A stretch of DNA of 64,000 bases, from positions 9,610,001 to 9,674,000 of the forward strand of contig NC_134025.1 of the NCBI RefSeq assembly GCF_964204645.1, written 5' to 3'. Of this stretch, positions 1-14,400 are shown one piece after another (position 1 is the stretch's first letter; every line of letters starts with the position of its first letter). Below the pieces are notes generated by a model that worked only from the letters and a program-made list of their open reading frames with translations, had not been told where the DNA came from and did no database searches. The translations under genes and the position numbers were made by a program. Source of the stretch: Tubulanus polymorphus (taxonomy: Eukaryota > Animalia > Nemertea).

Positions 1-2434
1 AACCAATACTGATTGTTGGTCAAACTTGAACTGGTTCCACTGTTGCTGTGATTGTGATAATCGAGCATCTTTCTCAGATGCTTGCACCTCTAAAAGCTCC
101 CATCTATGGACAACACCTGAATGGTTAATAGAACAAAATTGAACTATATACGCAAAACATGTTTATGCTCCCAAAAATATCAATTACACTATAATTTAAG
201 CTACCTTGTACAACAGAGTCTCCGCCAATAGCTTCCGACAGCCCAGATTCCTGTCTAATATGTTGTTCAATCAATTTTATCTGATCAATATCAGCATGAC
301 ATCCAGACAAAAGCTTGCTCTGAAGGAGAATAAAATATTCTCAAAATCAACTAAATTCTCTTTTCTTATACAATGTACATCTACATTGTAAGTATCTGCC
401 TCAACTGTGGATTTTATAAATAGTTTATTTTTTCTACTTACATAACCCGTCTGTTCCATATTCTCTATATCAGGACCCACAGGTGTTGGTGCTCGTATGA
501 TTGTTTCAGAAGAGGCAAGTTTCTGGCGTATTTTCTGAATCATATCTTCTAGCTCAACAAGATAATCCTCGACTTTGGCCATCTTGTTTTGAAGTTTCGA
601 AGCTTGTTCACGGGCAGGGTGGCGCCTTCCTAGTTTAGGTAAATTGTCTGGAAGAACATTGAAGTTTACTGAATGATTGCAACAAAATATTCCTAACTAT
701 ACATAATAAGTATTATGAGAAATACTACCTGAATAAGATTTTGAAGCTTGGCTTTTCTTAGGTGAATTAGATGCATCATCTACTGGCAATTTGTATGTAA
801 CATGAACTGGACTTACATCAGCGGATGCTGTTAAGTACTGCTGCAGTTAGAAAGGGAGTAAAGTATTTTAACAACAACCCGGATATTCAAATAAAGGTAC
901 ATATGGTTAAATATTCGAAATATTTTTACAATATTTAACTCCACGTGAAGGGAAAAAAAATAATATTTTTCAGTATTTATTCTTACAAATTTCATCTTTA
1001 CAGAAAAAATCAGAAACCTAGTGAGTGAGTATAAATTATGAACACTACTCAACAGAATTGGAAATTTCTTCAAATTCTAAGACTTGTAAAACATATCAAA
1101 ATCTTTCTATTTCAAGTGCTATTTGGGCACATATTGCATACAATTTCAGTATCCAAATCCATGTCGTCTTGGTGTTCTTTCACCGATGAGGACTGTTGTT
1201 TCTTTGATAATCTCATCTTGCAAGTTGTGAGTCTCTTCATAAAACTGCCAACACATTTATGAAACTCCTCCAGTAAGTCATCCACCTCTACAGCATCACT
1301 AGGCTCACACCGTTGCATTAAGTATACAGCACATTCATCCACGAAACTAATCTTACTTGACTGGCTGTTGAAATCAACTTCTAGTTCCTAAGTCAATAAA
1401 CAACCATGAAATAAGCACACGATGGAATGAATTCACTTTATTTTTAGAAAAAGAATCTTTGAAGATATACCTGCAATTGCTGTAACTTTGCTTCGTGTGT
1501 TCCCTCCGAAAAATGCTCAATGTTTGTCAGCTGGATGTCCATTTCTGTCAGCCAAACTTGAAGACCTTGACTCACTTCATCGAAGTATTCTCTAGTCTTC
1601 AGTAAATGCCGCATTCGATGAACTGCTGCAGTCGAAAACTTTGACAACGCATCCCACCGTTTATTCATGTTGTAGACTGAGGTTTTGATGTCGCTACTAG
1701 TGTCAATACAACTCTCACGGGCAAGATGGCGGTACTGTTTATTGAGGAGTTCTAGTTGTGAAAGTTTGTCATACAAATCCCTTTGGAAGATCTGTAACAG
1801 AAATACCAATTTATAAAGTTGAAAGATTTTAATTCGCATTGGCCTGCGACATGAAGAAATCATAACGCCCCTGACTAGAATTCATAATTTCTTGCTAGCT
1901 ATAGCGGAGAAAACTTTCAACACACCTCATAATGTCTGACTTCATCTTTTATGACGGCAAGATCTACTTGGGTTGATTTTGGAGTTTTGCTGATTTTTTC
2001 TACTTCTTTCAACCATTCTTCGAAGGTCTTTATTGTAGCAAATAGTTCCTGCCACAATTTCCATGTATCTTCAATCCTATTATTAATCAGAAATGCTCAT
2101 AATAAATTCAAATTGAAATGTTAATGAAAAATACAGAGAAAGCTTTTCGTGCTGTGTACTGAAATACAAGAGGGATATTTGACATTTTCTAATCTATCTT
2201 TGAGTCAAGAGAAAGACAAAACCTTATCATCCAGTAAAAGCCTTACTTAAGCCTTCGTTTGGTTGCCTGGTCGCAAATATTATGCCATCGTTTATCAAGA
2301 CTCTTCATTGCTTGCGTCAGAGCTGCTGTTTCAACGACTGTAGGACATGCATCGTTATCATGAAGCAGGACTTCGCACAAATTCAGGACCGATGATACAC
2401 CATTGCTGTGCTTTTCAATATCTTTCTGAATATC
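1..2434 (-). CDS. SYNE1: Nesprin-1 C-terminal spectrin repeats and adaptive-domain region (8 exons)
   Basis: Exons 2247-2434, 1926-2076, 1471-1791, 1142-1387, 729-840, 442-647, 205-319, 1-116 (runs off window). GT-AG boundaries, phases consistent; encodes DIEKHSNGVSSVLNLCEVLLHDNDAC...RWHNIC...IEDTWKLWQ...WLTEMDIQLTNIEHFSE...GVVHRWELLEVQASEKD. Confidence 0.9.
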
Positions 2435-5400
2435 CTAAATACATAATTCGTTTATTGAGCTATATTCATGAATTTGTCATCAACTGAGACATATGATTTG
2501 AAGGGATGTATGATTTGAAGTCCTTAACATTATACATAGTACAATGATGCATTTATAACTATAATTACCAGTAACAAAATTATGTCATGTTTCAAAAGTA
2601 TTTACCTGTTGTTCTCTTAGCTTCCTTTCTATTTCTTTTTTGTTACCATGAAGGTACGTGATGGGGCTACTTAGCACATGTTCTATATAAGCTAACCAGG
2701 TGCGCAATTTAGCCATATTATGCTCTAATTGGTTGATTGCATGTAGCGTTTCTTGTAACTTCTTTTGTCTGAAAAATGAATGAATGAATTGATGATACGA
2801 TTTCCACTTGGTTTCCCAACTCCCAAGGTTGCAGCTTGGTCTACTTCATATAACCAACCTATTGCCACCAGCATCCTCAAGTTTCTGCCATCTGCTGTTT
2901 ACAATAGTGATCTTGGATTGAATATCATTCGCTCGGACTGTTCCACTCGCTGCTTTCAACTTTTGTCCCTGAGCTATAAGGTCATCTTTGTTGGACCTCA
3001 TATCATCGATTTCCTCTTGGTATTCCTGCAAATCCAATCATTTCTACTTGTACACACAAGGCTTATCTCTAACGCCAACATGTACTTAAGTCAATGGATT
3101 GGATTTAAATAATTTTGATTGATATCATTGCTACTATTTCAACAAAAAGTTCATACGGATTTTACCTTCTGCAAGCGTACTATTAGGTCCTCAATATGGT
3201 ATTCTTGGTTGCAGACTACTTTACGCTGCATTGTGTTCAGCCAATCTACCATTTCTTTATAACGTTCACTGAACGCTGTCCATTCATACATTTTATCTGA
3301 TATATGTTGTTTCCTGTTAGCCACTTGGTTGTGGGTTTCTTGCCATTGTTTGTTGAGAAGGGAAATTCTTTGATGCAGAATAGTCAAATCTTCGGTAATA
3401 ATCACTTGGGACATTTCCTTTTGCGCTTGTCCAACTTTTCCCATTTTCTCAGAGTTGGCCTCGAAAGCAGATTCCAGGTCCTGCAAGTTATATGAACATA
3501 ATTTGTATTCGATGCAATATTACCATAGATATACCAGTACTAATTTCATTTAAAAACTAAAGAAATACTTACCAAACACTTTTGCATTTCCTTTTGAAGA
3601 CTGTCATACTGGGATGGCAAGTCTAAAGTGATCATTGATCGCACTTCTTTCAGCCATGCAATACATTCGTCCATGTCACTGTCGCAATCATTCCACAGCT
3701 GTAATATCGCTGAAAGCTGTTCCTGATGTTCATTCAGTTTACCGATTACCTGCAACCAGCCTTGCTGAATTTTCTCAAGGCTCTCCCGCACGGTTACGGT
3801 AGCAGCATCCTCAGAACACTGAATTATGTCATTTGCCGCTTCGTGTAGATTCTCATACATGGGCTCGTGGTGAGCAATATCTTTCTCGATTATCTGTAAG
3901 AAATCGAGACCTTCTTATTTCGAACCCACTCAAAAAACATTTTGTCATTATCAAATGTGTCCTAGTATGAAATTTAAATCTAGGATAAATCTAGGTACCT
4001 TGGAATATTCATATAAACTATGTAACTCTTGCATTGGCATAACACTGAACTCAAAAGGTTTTAAACTTTCATTAGAAACGATCAGCCAATCACACAGCTT
4101 CTCGGCTAGATTTTTATACGATTGCCATCGAGATATCAACTGATCAATGATTGTTTTTCTTTGGTTGATATTATGAATGACTCGTTGCCATTTGATTTCT
4201 AGCTGATCCAGATCGTGACGAAACTTCCGACGTTCTTCAGGTAGGACATCTTTAATGATCTGTTCGCCTTCACTAAGAATTGCCTGCAAAATCTGTTGCC
4301 TGCCATAGATCTCAGAATCAAACACCTGAATTGTGTGAGAAAATCCAGTACATACAATAAAGGTAATTGAAATTAATTCATGGTAAACTTTTCGAAATAA
4401 TTGCAATGACTGTAATGTTACCTGATAGATAATTTGCTGCTCCAGAAGGCTTTCGTAACTTCCAGATACATCTTGTGTTAAGGCATTCTCAGTAGTAGTA
4501 AGAAAATTCAACCATTCTTCACACTTCTGCGTGAAGTCTTGATGTTCTAACAAATTGCCCGTTAGACGCCGGTATTTCTCTGTTGCATTCCCTAACAAAT
4601 GATGCCATTCTTCATCAACGTGCCTCAAGCGTTCGACCTGGCTGTCATTCAGAGATAATCGATATCCTTGTTTGTGAAGTGAATCCAATCTCGATTGGTT
4701 ATTCGTAAACTGTGATAAAATCGATTTGAAGTCTTCTCGCCGTGCCTTAAGCGAATATTGATCATGAAAGTCTCCTTCATCTGCATCTATCATTTTTGCT
4801 ACTTCGAGTAAAAACACTTCCACGCTTGCCAATGAGTCATAGAATTTATTTGACCGCGTCATATCGGTTTGAAGCTTTTTCGCGTGTTTACCAATGGAAT
4901 GTTTCAGATTGATCACTCGTTGATTTAAGGCAGTCTCAGATGAAGTAATTCGAATTACCGTCGTGTTGTCCATATTTTTGTTCAGGCGGTCGCTCAGTTT
5001 GCCGAGATTCAACATCGACCCGTGGAATTCTTCTAAAACACTCTCCAATTCCTGTAAAATATGAATTTAACTTTGTGCTTTAGTAATCATGAATGAACTC
5101 TTAAGACAAATATGAATAAAAATAATCTTACTCTGCATGCATTAAGATTTGACGGTTTTTCATCTGCATAGGGTTTGCGTTTTAGTAACTTGGCTGTTTC
5201 AGCAGCGCGTTCATCGACCCAGTTTTTCAACTCAGTAAACTGGCTGTCATACTGGTTCCAGTGTACAAGTGTTTGGTCAAGCATGGATGCATGATGTGTA
5301 AGTCGACCAGAAACATCAGTCCACCTAATGAGATATAACATTGTTTTAAAACAATGGCAAATGTGGTCATAGCTCCCTTATAGAATTTAAAAATGCTGTC

Positions 5401-8400
5401 ATCCCATTTATCTTACTAACCTTGTTTTGATATCAGCCTGCAAGTGCTGCATAGATAATCCGAGAACAGGATCAGAAGTTCCAATCAAATGATTAGCCAA
5501 GTTCAAGTATTCATTCAGTACGCCTTGATTCAGATCAAATTTCTCTTCTCCATCCTGACATAAATGAAAAAATTAAAAATATGAATGAACTTCTAGTTGT
5601 ATAAAGCATCAATATCATTCCACATTTCATATTTGCAAGGCTTGTACCTTAATCTTAACTACAACATCTCTGAGTGTGTTCAAGTCACCAGTTATCGTGC
5701 TGTATCGATTGAGTAGGTATTCTGCCTCGGTAAGAGTTTGCATAACCTTCACTAAGGCTCTGTGATAAAACTCCCACTGACGAAGCGTGTCCTGCAGCGC
5801 ATTCTGCAGTTGAATGCATTCATCCCTCACAGAATTCTGCAATGATAGAACGTTATATCAATTTCAGCTCATGCTATTTCACGATATTATTAATGAATGT
5901 TTTACATGACAGCATTAGTCGTCTGCATTGCCTGTAATGTATCATCAATTTAGTGCTGATGAATCATTGATAAGGTTTTTCAAAACTGTCATTGATTGAA
6001 GAGCTGAATTAAATGCTAACTTGTAGTGCAATTCTGCAAGAGTGAATATTGTAGGTTATATGTACCTGTAACTGTTCAATTTCTGGTATAGCGTGATCTA
6101 CATGTTCAATGGGAGGGTCTTCCAACTTTTGATTTTGCTGAAGACTTCTTGAGAGATGTTTAAGTTTGCCGAGCTCTCCTGCTTTGTCTTTTAAGACCTG
6201 GTCCATCAACTAGAAGAGAGAATTTTTAACCTGATTGATAGCAAAACATTCCACCATTTTTTCGAGAAACAGAAATTAATCAAAATGAGTGAACTGACCA
6301 TGCATTCTTTAAGTCCATGTTTCACGCTGACTTCATGTCCAACTTTTCTAAATTTCTTCAGACGTTCCAATTGACCTTGCAACCACTGTCTGTAGATCTT
6401 TATACCCTGATCATATTCTTCCCACTTGCTGCGAAGCATTTCATACTTTTTCAATGCCTCTGACAAATCGCTGGTCAGTTTCTGCCACTGGCTGTTCATC
6501 TGACCGAGCCTCTCATCAAGATCAATCTTATCACCGGAATCAACAGTTGGATGTTGGTTTAATTTCATCGTTGTCCGAAGAATAGTTTGGTTTACAAAAT
6601 TGACAATAACTTGTCGACTAGACACGTCAATCTTGTAGCCCTACAATATTGAAATACAGTATGAAGTTTATATTTCACGAAGAAAGATTTCATACACATG
6701 TTCTGTCAAAATTCATTCCTTACTTTGTACTTTTGAACAAGAGTCTCAACCTCATTAAGACTGTTAAAATACTTTTTACTATCCTCATTAAGCACATTAT
6801 TGACACTTTCAATCCAGATGAGGATCTCGGTTAAGGCCTGCCGCGACGGCAACAACTCCAATTGTGCCATCAACAAATTTTCTTCATAAACAGGGATATC
6901 AAACATTAGTCGCATCCAGCGATCTTCAAACTGTTCAATGTGATGCTGAATTCCAGGCATTGAGGATTTTTGTGAATGAAGGAGATGATTTCCAACATTC
7001 ATGATTTGGGATTTCAATTCTTTTTTAAGTTCAGCTTCTTTCCGAAATTCCTACAATAGAGATACATTGTACATAATAGGAAATTCGTAAGTTTGATATT
7101 ACTCATTAAACAGAATTTTCTTCATAAAACTACTCACCAAAAACTTTACAATCCGATTCCTGATCTGTTGTAGATTTTGTAATTCATCTTCGGAAAGATC
7201 AGACAACTTCTCCAGCCGTTCAGGGGCAGCTACTACCCAGTCAGAAAGTGATGCAAAATCGGTTTCAAATTTCTCCACTTGTTGTAAATAGCTCTCCAAT
7301 CTAAAGAACAAACCGATATGAAAACAAAATTTGAAATTGGACAGAGCTGAACAGAGCTTGATGTTGGACACATTATCACTATCTATCCAGTTACTGAAAA
7401 TCGAATTAACTTATAAAATCAGTTTTTTTCTCACCTTTTATGCTCTGCTGCACATTGATTGGTTAATGCAACCCAGCTATCCGCAAAGTCAGCTAAACTT
7501 GTCTCTAAACTGGGACAAGTCAAACACTGTAACAATTGACGCCCTTTGTCGACGATCTGGTACATGTTTGATTTCTCATCACTCAATGACTTTTGAATGT
7601 TTTTATACAAATCAATTCTTGATTTGAGCTGATCACGACTAGTGTCACCGGTATGTTTAGGTATCCCTTGTTGGCGTTGTTTCAACCAGTCGTTTATATA
7701 TTTGAAGCGTTCAGCAAACTCCACCCATTGACTGACGAGCCGTTCCAGTTGTTCTCCTCGAATATTTGCCTTGTCTTGAATCTCTTTGGTCTTATCAATG
7801 AGGTTGTTATGAGTAAGCGAATGTCGCTGTTGAACATCATCATCCAGTTGTTCAACTAAACTGTTCAATGTACTACTGTGGCTTTCTAAATCGTTGAAAA
7901 ACACCTGCAAACAAGAAAGGAACAATCGATGAGTAATGGACAACTGGCAAATGCAACTGCAATCAGTAGATATCAGATATTGACATTGTTTTACACTGTG
8001 AAGTGATTGTACCTTGTGAGTGTTTAGTTGCTGTTTCAAATTATCGAGATCATTGGCTGAAATTGTGTCGGCTTTTAATTTATTTTCAGCTGTTTCCAAA
8101 AATTCACCGTATTCTTCTAACATTCTCTCATACTGAGTTTTTACAGTTACTGCCTTATTCTTTTGCGACTTCTGTTCATAGGCCTACAAGAAAGACGAAG
8201 CATTTATCATTAAATGAATTCCAGGCAGTATTCTTCGAACATAGATGTAAACACAGTGCTTGTCTCTTCATTCTTTAAACTAATTGCCTATACCTTTCTC
8301 TGAAGTTGTTGCACAATTCCTCCCAACATACTCAGATCTACAGGCATTAGGAAATTAGGATCCATAACCATAAGTTCTTCACCACGATCAGTTAGCTCAT

Positions 8401-11400
8401 TCAGAGTATCTTCAAATGTCTTAACTTCCTCTTCCAATTCCTAAATCATAAACATATTGTTCTGTTTTAGTAACTGCACCATAATTCTCATGTCGGACAA
8501 AACATTCAATATCGTATCATATTTCAAATATTTTACATATACACTATACCTGAATTTCTAATAGCTCATGTGGACTAGCAGGACTCAGCAGTGTAAATGA
8601 ATCATATTTTCTAGAAGCAGATTCAAGCTGTTTCTGGAATGCCTGCAAATCATCCTATGAGAAAATGAAACATAGATGACAAAACATTAATATCTTCAAT
8701 TAAGTGTTCTACAGCTAACATCCATGTGACCCCAGACTGAATCTTAAATCTTTCAATATGACGTTGAAACATTGAAGCTATAGCTATAATCATAATAATA
8801 AGTCAATAAAAGCAAATATACCTGGTAAGATTTACAAAGTTTTCTGCGCTCATTGAGAGTGACCTCTTTTCCATCTGCCTGTTTTTCTAGAGTGTTCAGA
8901 CGTTCATTGAGATCAGAAATTGTCCGTTGTATTACTGCATGACTTTCGGAACCAGACAAAACTTTCATCGCTGCTTGAGTCATCATCTGGATTTCATTTT
9001 GTAAATGCTGTATCTCCTTTTGAAGCGTCTGAAAAAAAACCGAGAATGCAACTGATATATAAAGCGAATTAGCAATGAAGAAACTAAGTACGAATTATCA
9101 TTCATGATCTTTAACTTGAAAACACAAGTTATTCAATATTGCTGATTTGAAATTACCTCATGATCTTTGAGCTGCTCATCAATGTTCTTGTAAAACCTTC
9201 TCCCAAAAAGTTGGACTTCCACATTATCTAACCATTCAGATATCGCAATCATTGCATCCTGATACTGCTGTTGAAACACAAGAGACTGCTGCAAACGGGT
9301 TTCGGTGTCCGTAACCTGGCCTTCCATTTTCTCCCAGCAACTGCGCAGATCGTCTAATGCTGAATTCATATTACGCATCTTATCCTCACTAACGTCTTGG
9401 CCACCGGGTTGGAATCGAGTTAAGCCACCGTTAAATTCCTACAAATCACAAATCAGTTGAGGAAATTGAATGTAATTTTCGGAATAAACAACAGACATTT
9501 GCTAATTTGATGGATCACATTAGGGTGTTTCTATTTACTAATCAAAATCATTTAACCCTTTCGCTGCAAATATGGTTGAACCATTTATTTTTGATTGGGC
9601 CTTATTCATTATGATGTTTCCTGATGTTTCTTTGATGAATATAGATAGAAATATCATTTCTGAATTCCGACCATAATCATAATGTGACAGCATAGGACAT
9701 GCAATGAGCCCATTACCTGGTGCCACCAGTCGCCCAACCATCTGAACCAACTAGTGGAACCAACTTTGCCATCAGTCAGAAAAAATCAGGCTGACTGGTA
9801 ATATTCTATTGAAAAATAAGTGTACCTGTTTGTTGCCTACTGTCTGTGTTCTCTTTTCAGAAAACTGTCTGGACAGTTTATGCCAATTAGTGGAGGGGTC
9901 GTTTTCAGATTCAGAATTGCCAGCTGGTTTTGATTCAAGGATCTGTGAGCCTCTTGACGACAATCGTTTCAAAAGATTTTGATGATCAGCCATGTTGCTC
10001 TCCAATTCCTATACATTCGTGTAGAAACATACATTTTTTAATTCGACTTAAAAAACGATTTTTACACAAATAACATGAACAAATAATATGCACATACAAT
10101 GTATATCATGTGTTCTTTCACCATTGCAACAACAAGCTAATAAAATGTAACCAGACAAAAAGTAAAAACCCCCTATCCTAGAAATACCTTCTTCAATTTT
10201 TGTTCTTCATTTCTATTTTTGTCTGAAGATGCGGCGGCTACTTGCTGTGTTTCTAAAATCCATTTTTGTAGGTTATTCACTTCATCTTGGTATTTTTCCA
10301 GATCCCGTTGCCGCTTTTCACTTTCTTTAATAGTCTCAATTAAGAGTTTCTCCTAAATAAGCAAATACCAATAATCCAATAGTTGAAAACAAAACCACCA
10401 ATGCGTGCAATAAATTTCAAGCCCCAATCTCATGAATATATGCACTACCAAAAATTCTTAAGTAATGTTCTACATTTCTTAAGTACCATAACCTTAACCT
10501 CAACCAGATAAATATTTTCCCAAAAATAAATATATTCTCTTCTTACTTTTTCATTAGCTTCGACAAACAAATTCTGAATATCCGAAGTAAGGTTGTCGAG
10601 TTGTTGTCGCATATGTTTGAATTTTTCTGGTGGCCCGAGTTCACCGATCCTGTCACAGTGAATACTGAAATCACCAAGCTTCCGTTGATGTGAAGAGAGG
10701 TACCCTTGAAGCTCCTGAAACCATCAATTTTAAGTTATGAGGTTTGTAAAGCATCTATCAATTCACTGGATGAACAACTTTAACAGGAAATTTACTTTTG
10801 TTTCTTGTAATTGCTGCTCTAATGAATCAACATCCATTGATGCCATTGGTTCACCAGCCAGTCTCACTTTGGCCTCAGTCAACTGTTCTGTCAAATCCTT
10901 TACCATATCATTGTATTGCGCTATTTCTTGTCTGTATCTATCCTGAGACTGAGACAAAACCTGTTGGAAAATTCCAGTACATGGTGTTAACTTTTTAGAA
11001 TTACCCCATAACCTCTTAGATGAACTAATGATGCTTGAAAACCCCAGGAATCAATTCCAGAGGTCTAGTTCCAATCTTACTCTAAAGGATGATGAATTAA
11101 AAGATAATATCCAATAGTGCGTAAATAACTTACATTAAGTTCTATCTTCTTTTCTTCAGCAGCATCTTCGAGAGAACTCAATTTTTCTCTGAGGACAAGA
11201 AGAGTAGCATTTACGGTAGCTTGGCCTTCCTGTGTTGAATCTTGAAGCAAACCATGGCTAGCATCTTTCACATCAGCTATTTCCAGTTGAAGTTGTTCGA
11301 TATCTTGGAAAATTTCCTAATAGGTAAAAAAGATTTTGTAAATCAAACAAGCACAAAAATTAATTCTATTAAGAAATCCTATAAATGAAATCAAATTAAA

Positions 11401-14400
11401 ACCTACTTCTATTTCAAAGCTTTGTTGTTGTAGTTGTCTTACATCTGGTCGTATAGAGGTAATTCTTACTCTTGCATCTTGTAGGTCTGAGCTAACTGAC
11501 TGTACTATTTGTTGGTATTTTTCTTGACGTTCCAGAGCCATTTGTAATTCCCGCTCTTTTTCACCAAGCTAGTTTAAAAGTAAATGAATTATAATATGTT
11601 TGACCATAATCAACTCCAACACCAGCAGATATCATTGACCATAAGTGATATAGATGTTTTTCATTACCTGTTGTTGCAAACTGTCCCAACATGAATTTAA
11701 TTCATGGAGTTGATCTTCATCTGAATCCACCTCAGTTCTTGGACTTTTTTTTGAGATTTTATCACTCTTTACATCTCCATGTAATGGACTGACATTATCT
11801 TGGTCACGAACCTTTGCAGAATCATGTCGAATGTCTTTCGCTAAAGGCGCTTGTGCAGACTGTATTTTTGCATCCATTTGCTTTTCTGATTTTTGAGACA
11901 TAGTTTCATCATTATTGACACCACCAGGTGTACTTCCACGTGTACTTAGAGATTGTTCTTGACTTATCGTGTCATCTTCAGGCTCTATATACTTTGGAAT
12001 GTCATATCTCTGTATACTGTCATCTCCCCCAACAGCTTGATGTCCTGGACTTCTGTACTGGTTTTTGTCACTAACAGGTGCACTTTCTGATTTTCGAGAC
12101 ACAGTTTCTTCATTACTGACACCACCAGGTGTACTTTCATGTGTACTCAGAGATCTTTCTTGACTTATCGTGTCATCTTCAGGCTCTATATACTTTGGAA
12201 TGTCATACCTCTGTATACTGTCATCTCCCCCAATAGCTTGATGTCCTGGACTTCTGTACTGGTTATTGTCACTAACAGGTGCACTTTGATGTCCACGTTC
12301 AAATGTTCCAGGTTCAAACTGACTGCTGGTATCATCTCCTGGTGCTACATACTTAGGGATGTCATACCTGTGACCTCTAGCTTCAGCCTTATGTCCTGGA
12401 CTTTTGGTCAGCTTGCCATTCTTGGACTCAACTCTGGGATGAACGCGGACAGGAATCTTGCTATATTCTTTCTTATTGGTTCTATCATCTTGTTCTAGAT
12501 ACTTTGGGATGTGTTCCATTTGACTTTCAGGATTAACAGGATCTGTGTCTTTAGTTATCTCCTGCTTGCTGATATCATGGCCATTTGGATCTTGATATTC
12601 TAGTTGTTGTGTGTTCAATTGGACCTTTTCATCTCGATAACTTGGCAGATGTCGGTCAATTGGGTCTTGATCATGATAATCTTTTGAAATATCTCTTGCT
12701 TTCTCTGCAAAGTCTTTTGGTGGACTTTTAAGAACTTGGGAAGTCTCTTTTTGTACAATATTTTCAGACCAAGTTCCGGCAATGTCACTTTCACTTTGGG
12801 GATCAGTATTAAAGAGGCCTTGATCTAAAAGCTCTGCTGGTGATTTTGCCTCAATCGACTGAGGGTAATCATCTGTACACTGAATAACTATAGCGGTTCC
12901 AGGATTTACATTAAATCTTTTTGTATTAATTGAAACAACTTGTCCAGATTCAACAGGACAAAGGTTTGATTGTAATATGTCTGGCTGTCCTGAAATATAT
13001 ACTGTTTCACCTGATCCAACAGCAGCTGCAGACGAACCACTGCCAGCAACTGCTGGATTATAAAGCACCAAACTTTCTCCTGGGTTAAGTATTTTCTCCT
13101 GTGCATCTACTAAAATTGACTCACCAGTTGGTAAATGATGTTGTACAGCTGGTACAATTGCTTCGGTTTCAGGAAGCAATAACAACGTCTCTTTCAATGA
13201 AAGATCTTTACTAACATGTTGCGTTTCAATAGAATCGCCTGGTTTTAGAAGCATCATCTGTCCTGTATTGAGAACAACTGATTGGTTTTCATTAGACTTA
13301 TCAGTAGGAGATACCAAAATGTGCATGGTATGGTCATCTTGGAGGGCTGATCTAGATTTGTCAGTTACTCTAGGAAGCTTCACTTTCTGTTCTTGTGGAA
13401 GGGACATTCCTGTAGAATTCGGTGGTATTGTTGACAGTTCTTGTTCACCTTTCTCACCTTTCGTGGTGTTATAATCAATACTTTCAGTCCCAAGAGGTAA
13501 TACTCCCTGATTAACCCTGGTCACTATTTGAGCACGTTTCATAACAGGAGATTGAATAACGGCTGGTTGTTTACCTGTTTCAGGCTCCAGGAGTAGCGCT
13601 TTACCAATCTCATAGCCTGGTACTTCTGAGGGAGGAACTACTGCAGATAGCTTGTCCGTTGCTCGATTATCATTTTCATATTCTTGCAATGGCAGGTGTT
13701 TTACAATGGACTGTTCATTTGAAAGCTTTGGAGGTGTTGAGGATTGCATTAGTTCACTAATAGTGGGTTGAATTGAGCCAGGTAAGTAGTTATCTTTAGT
13801 ATCCTGCTTCAATCTGTCATACCCAAACACATTGTCTGAATGTCTCAATGAAGCCTCTTGGTGAGGTATATTCGTTTGATATGTATTGTCTAAGTTAACT
13901 GTCTGTTGTTGGAATATATCAGGCATGTCTTTCGTTTTTTGCTTCAGATAATCATATTCATCAGTTTCTGCTCTCGTAGCATCTTGGCGAGGTCGATTAT
14001 GATGAAGAGGTTGACCTTCACTAGACTGTATTGAACCAGGATCAGAGTTACCAGCCTCCAGACTTGAACCAAACAAATTATCTGTTGAATAATTCTGTGC
14101 TTCCTGGTGAGGCAGACTTTGGAGAAGAACATGCTCGCCTTGTAACTGTGTTGAATTAGGATGAAAACTGTACATTTCCTCAACGCTATGTTTTGAATCT
14201 CCATACCCCAGCAGATCTTCCTTGTAATGTCTTTGAGGATCTTCTCGTGATTCAGGTTTCTGTGGAGCTTTCATATTACCTGAACTTGGGACAATAGATC
14301 GAGAAGCATCTCCAGGGAGCATAATCATCGTCGAAGTTCGATGCACCAATTCCGTGCTTTCATCATCAACAACATTTGGACGCAAAAAATGCCCTGTATC

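Noticed and set aside
9717-9780. Strong donor CAG|gtaatg preceded by GC-rich sequence (LVQMVGRLVAP or SWFRWLGDWWHQ depending on frame)
   Set aside because: Could not build a phase-consistent path to exon 9157-9438 with canonical sites; the direct 9826>9438 splice is already in frame. Unresolved.
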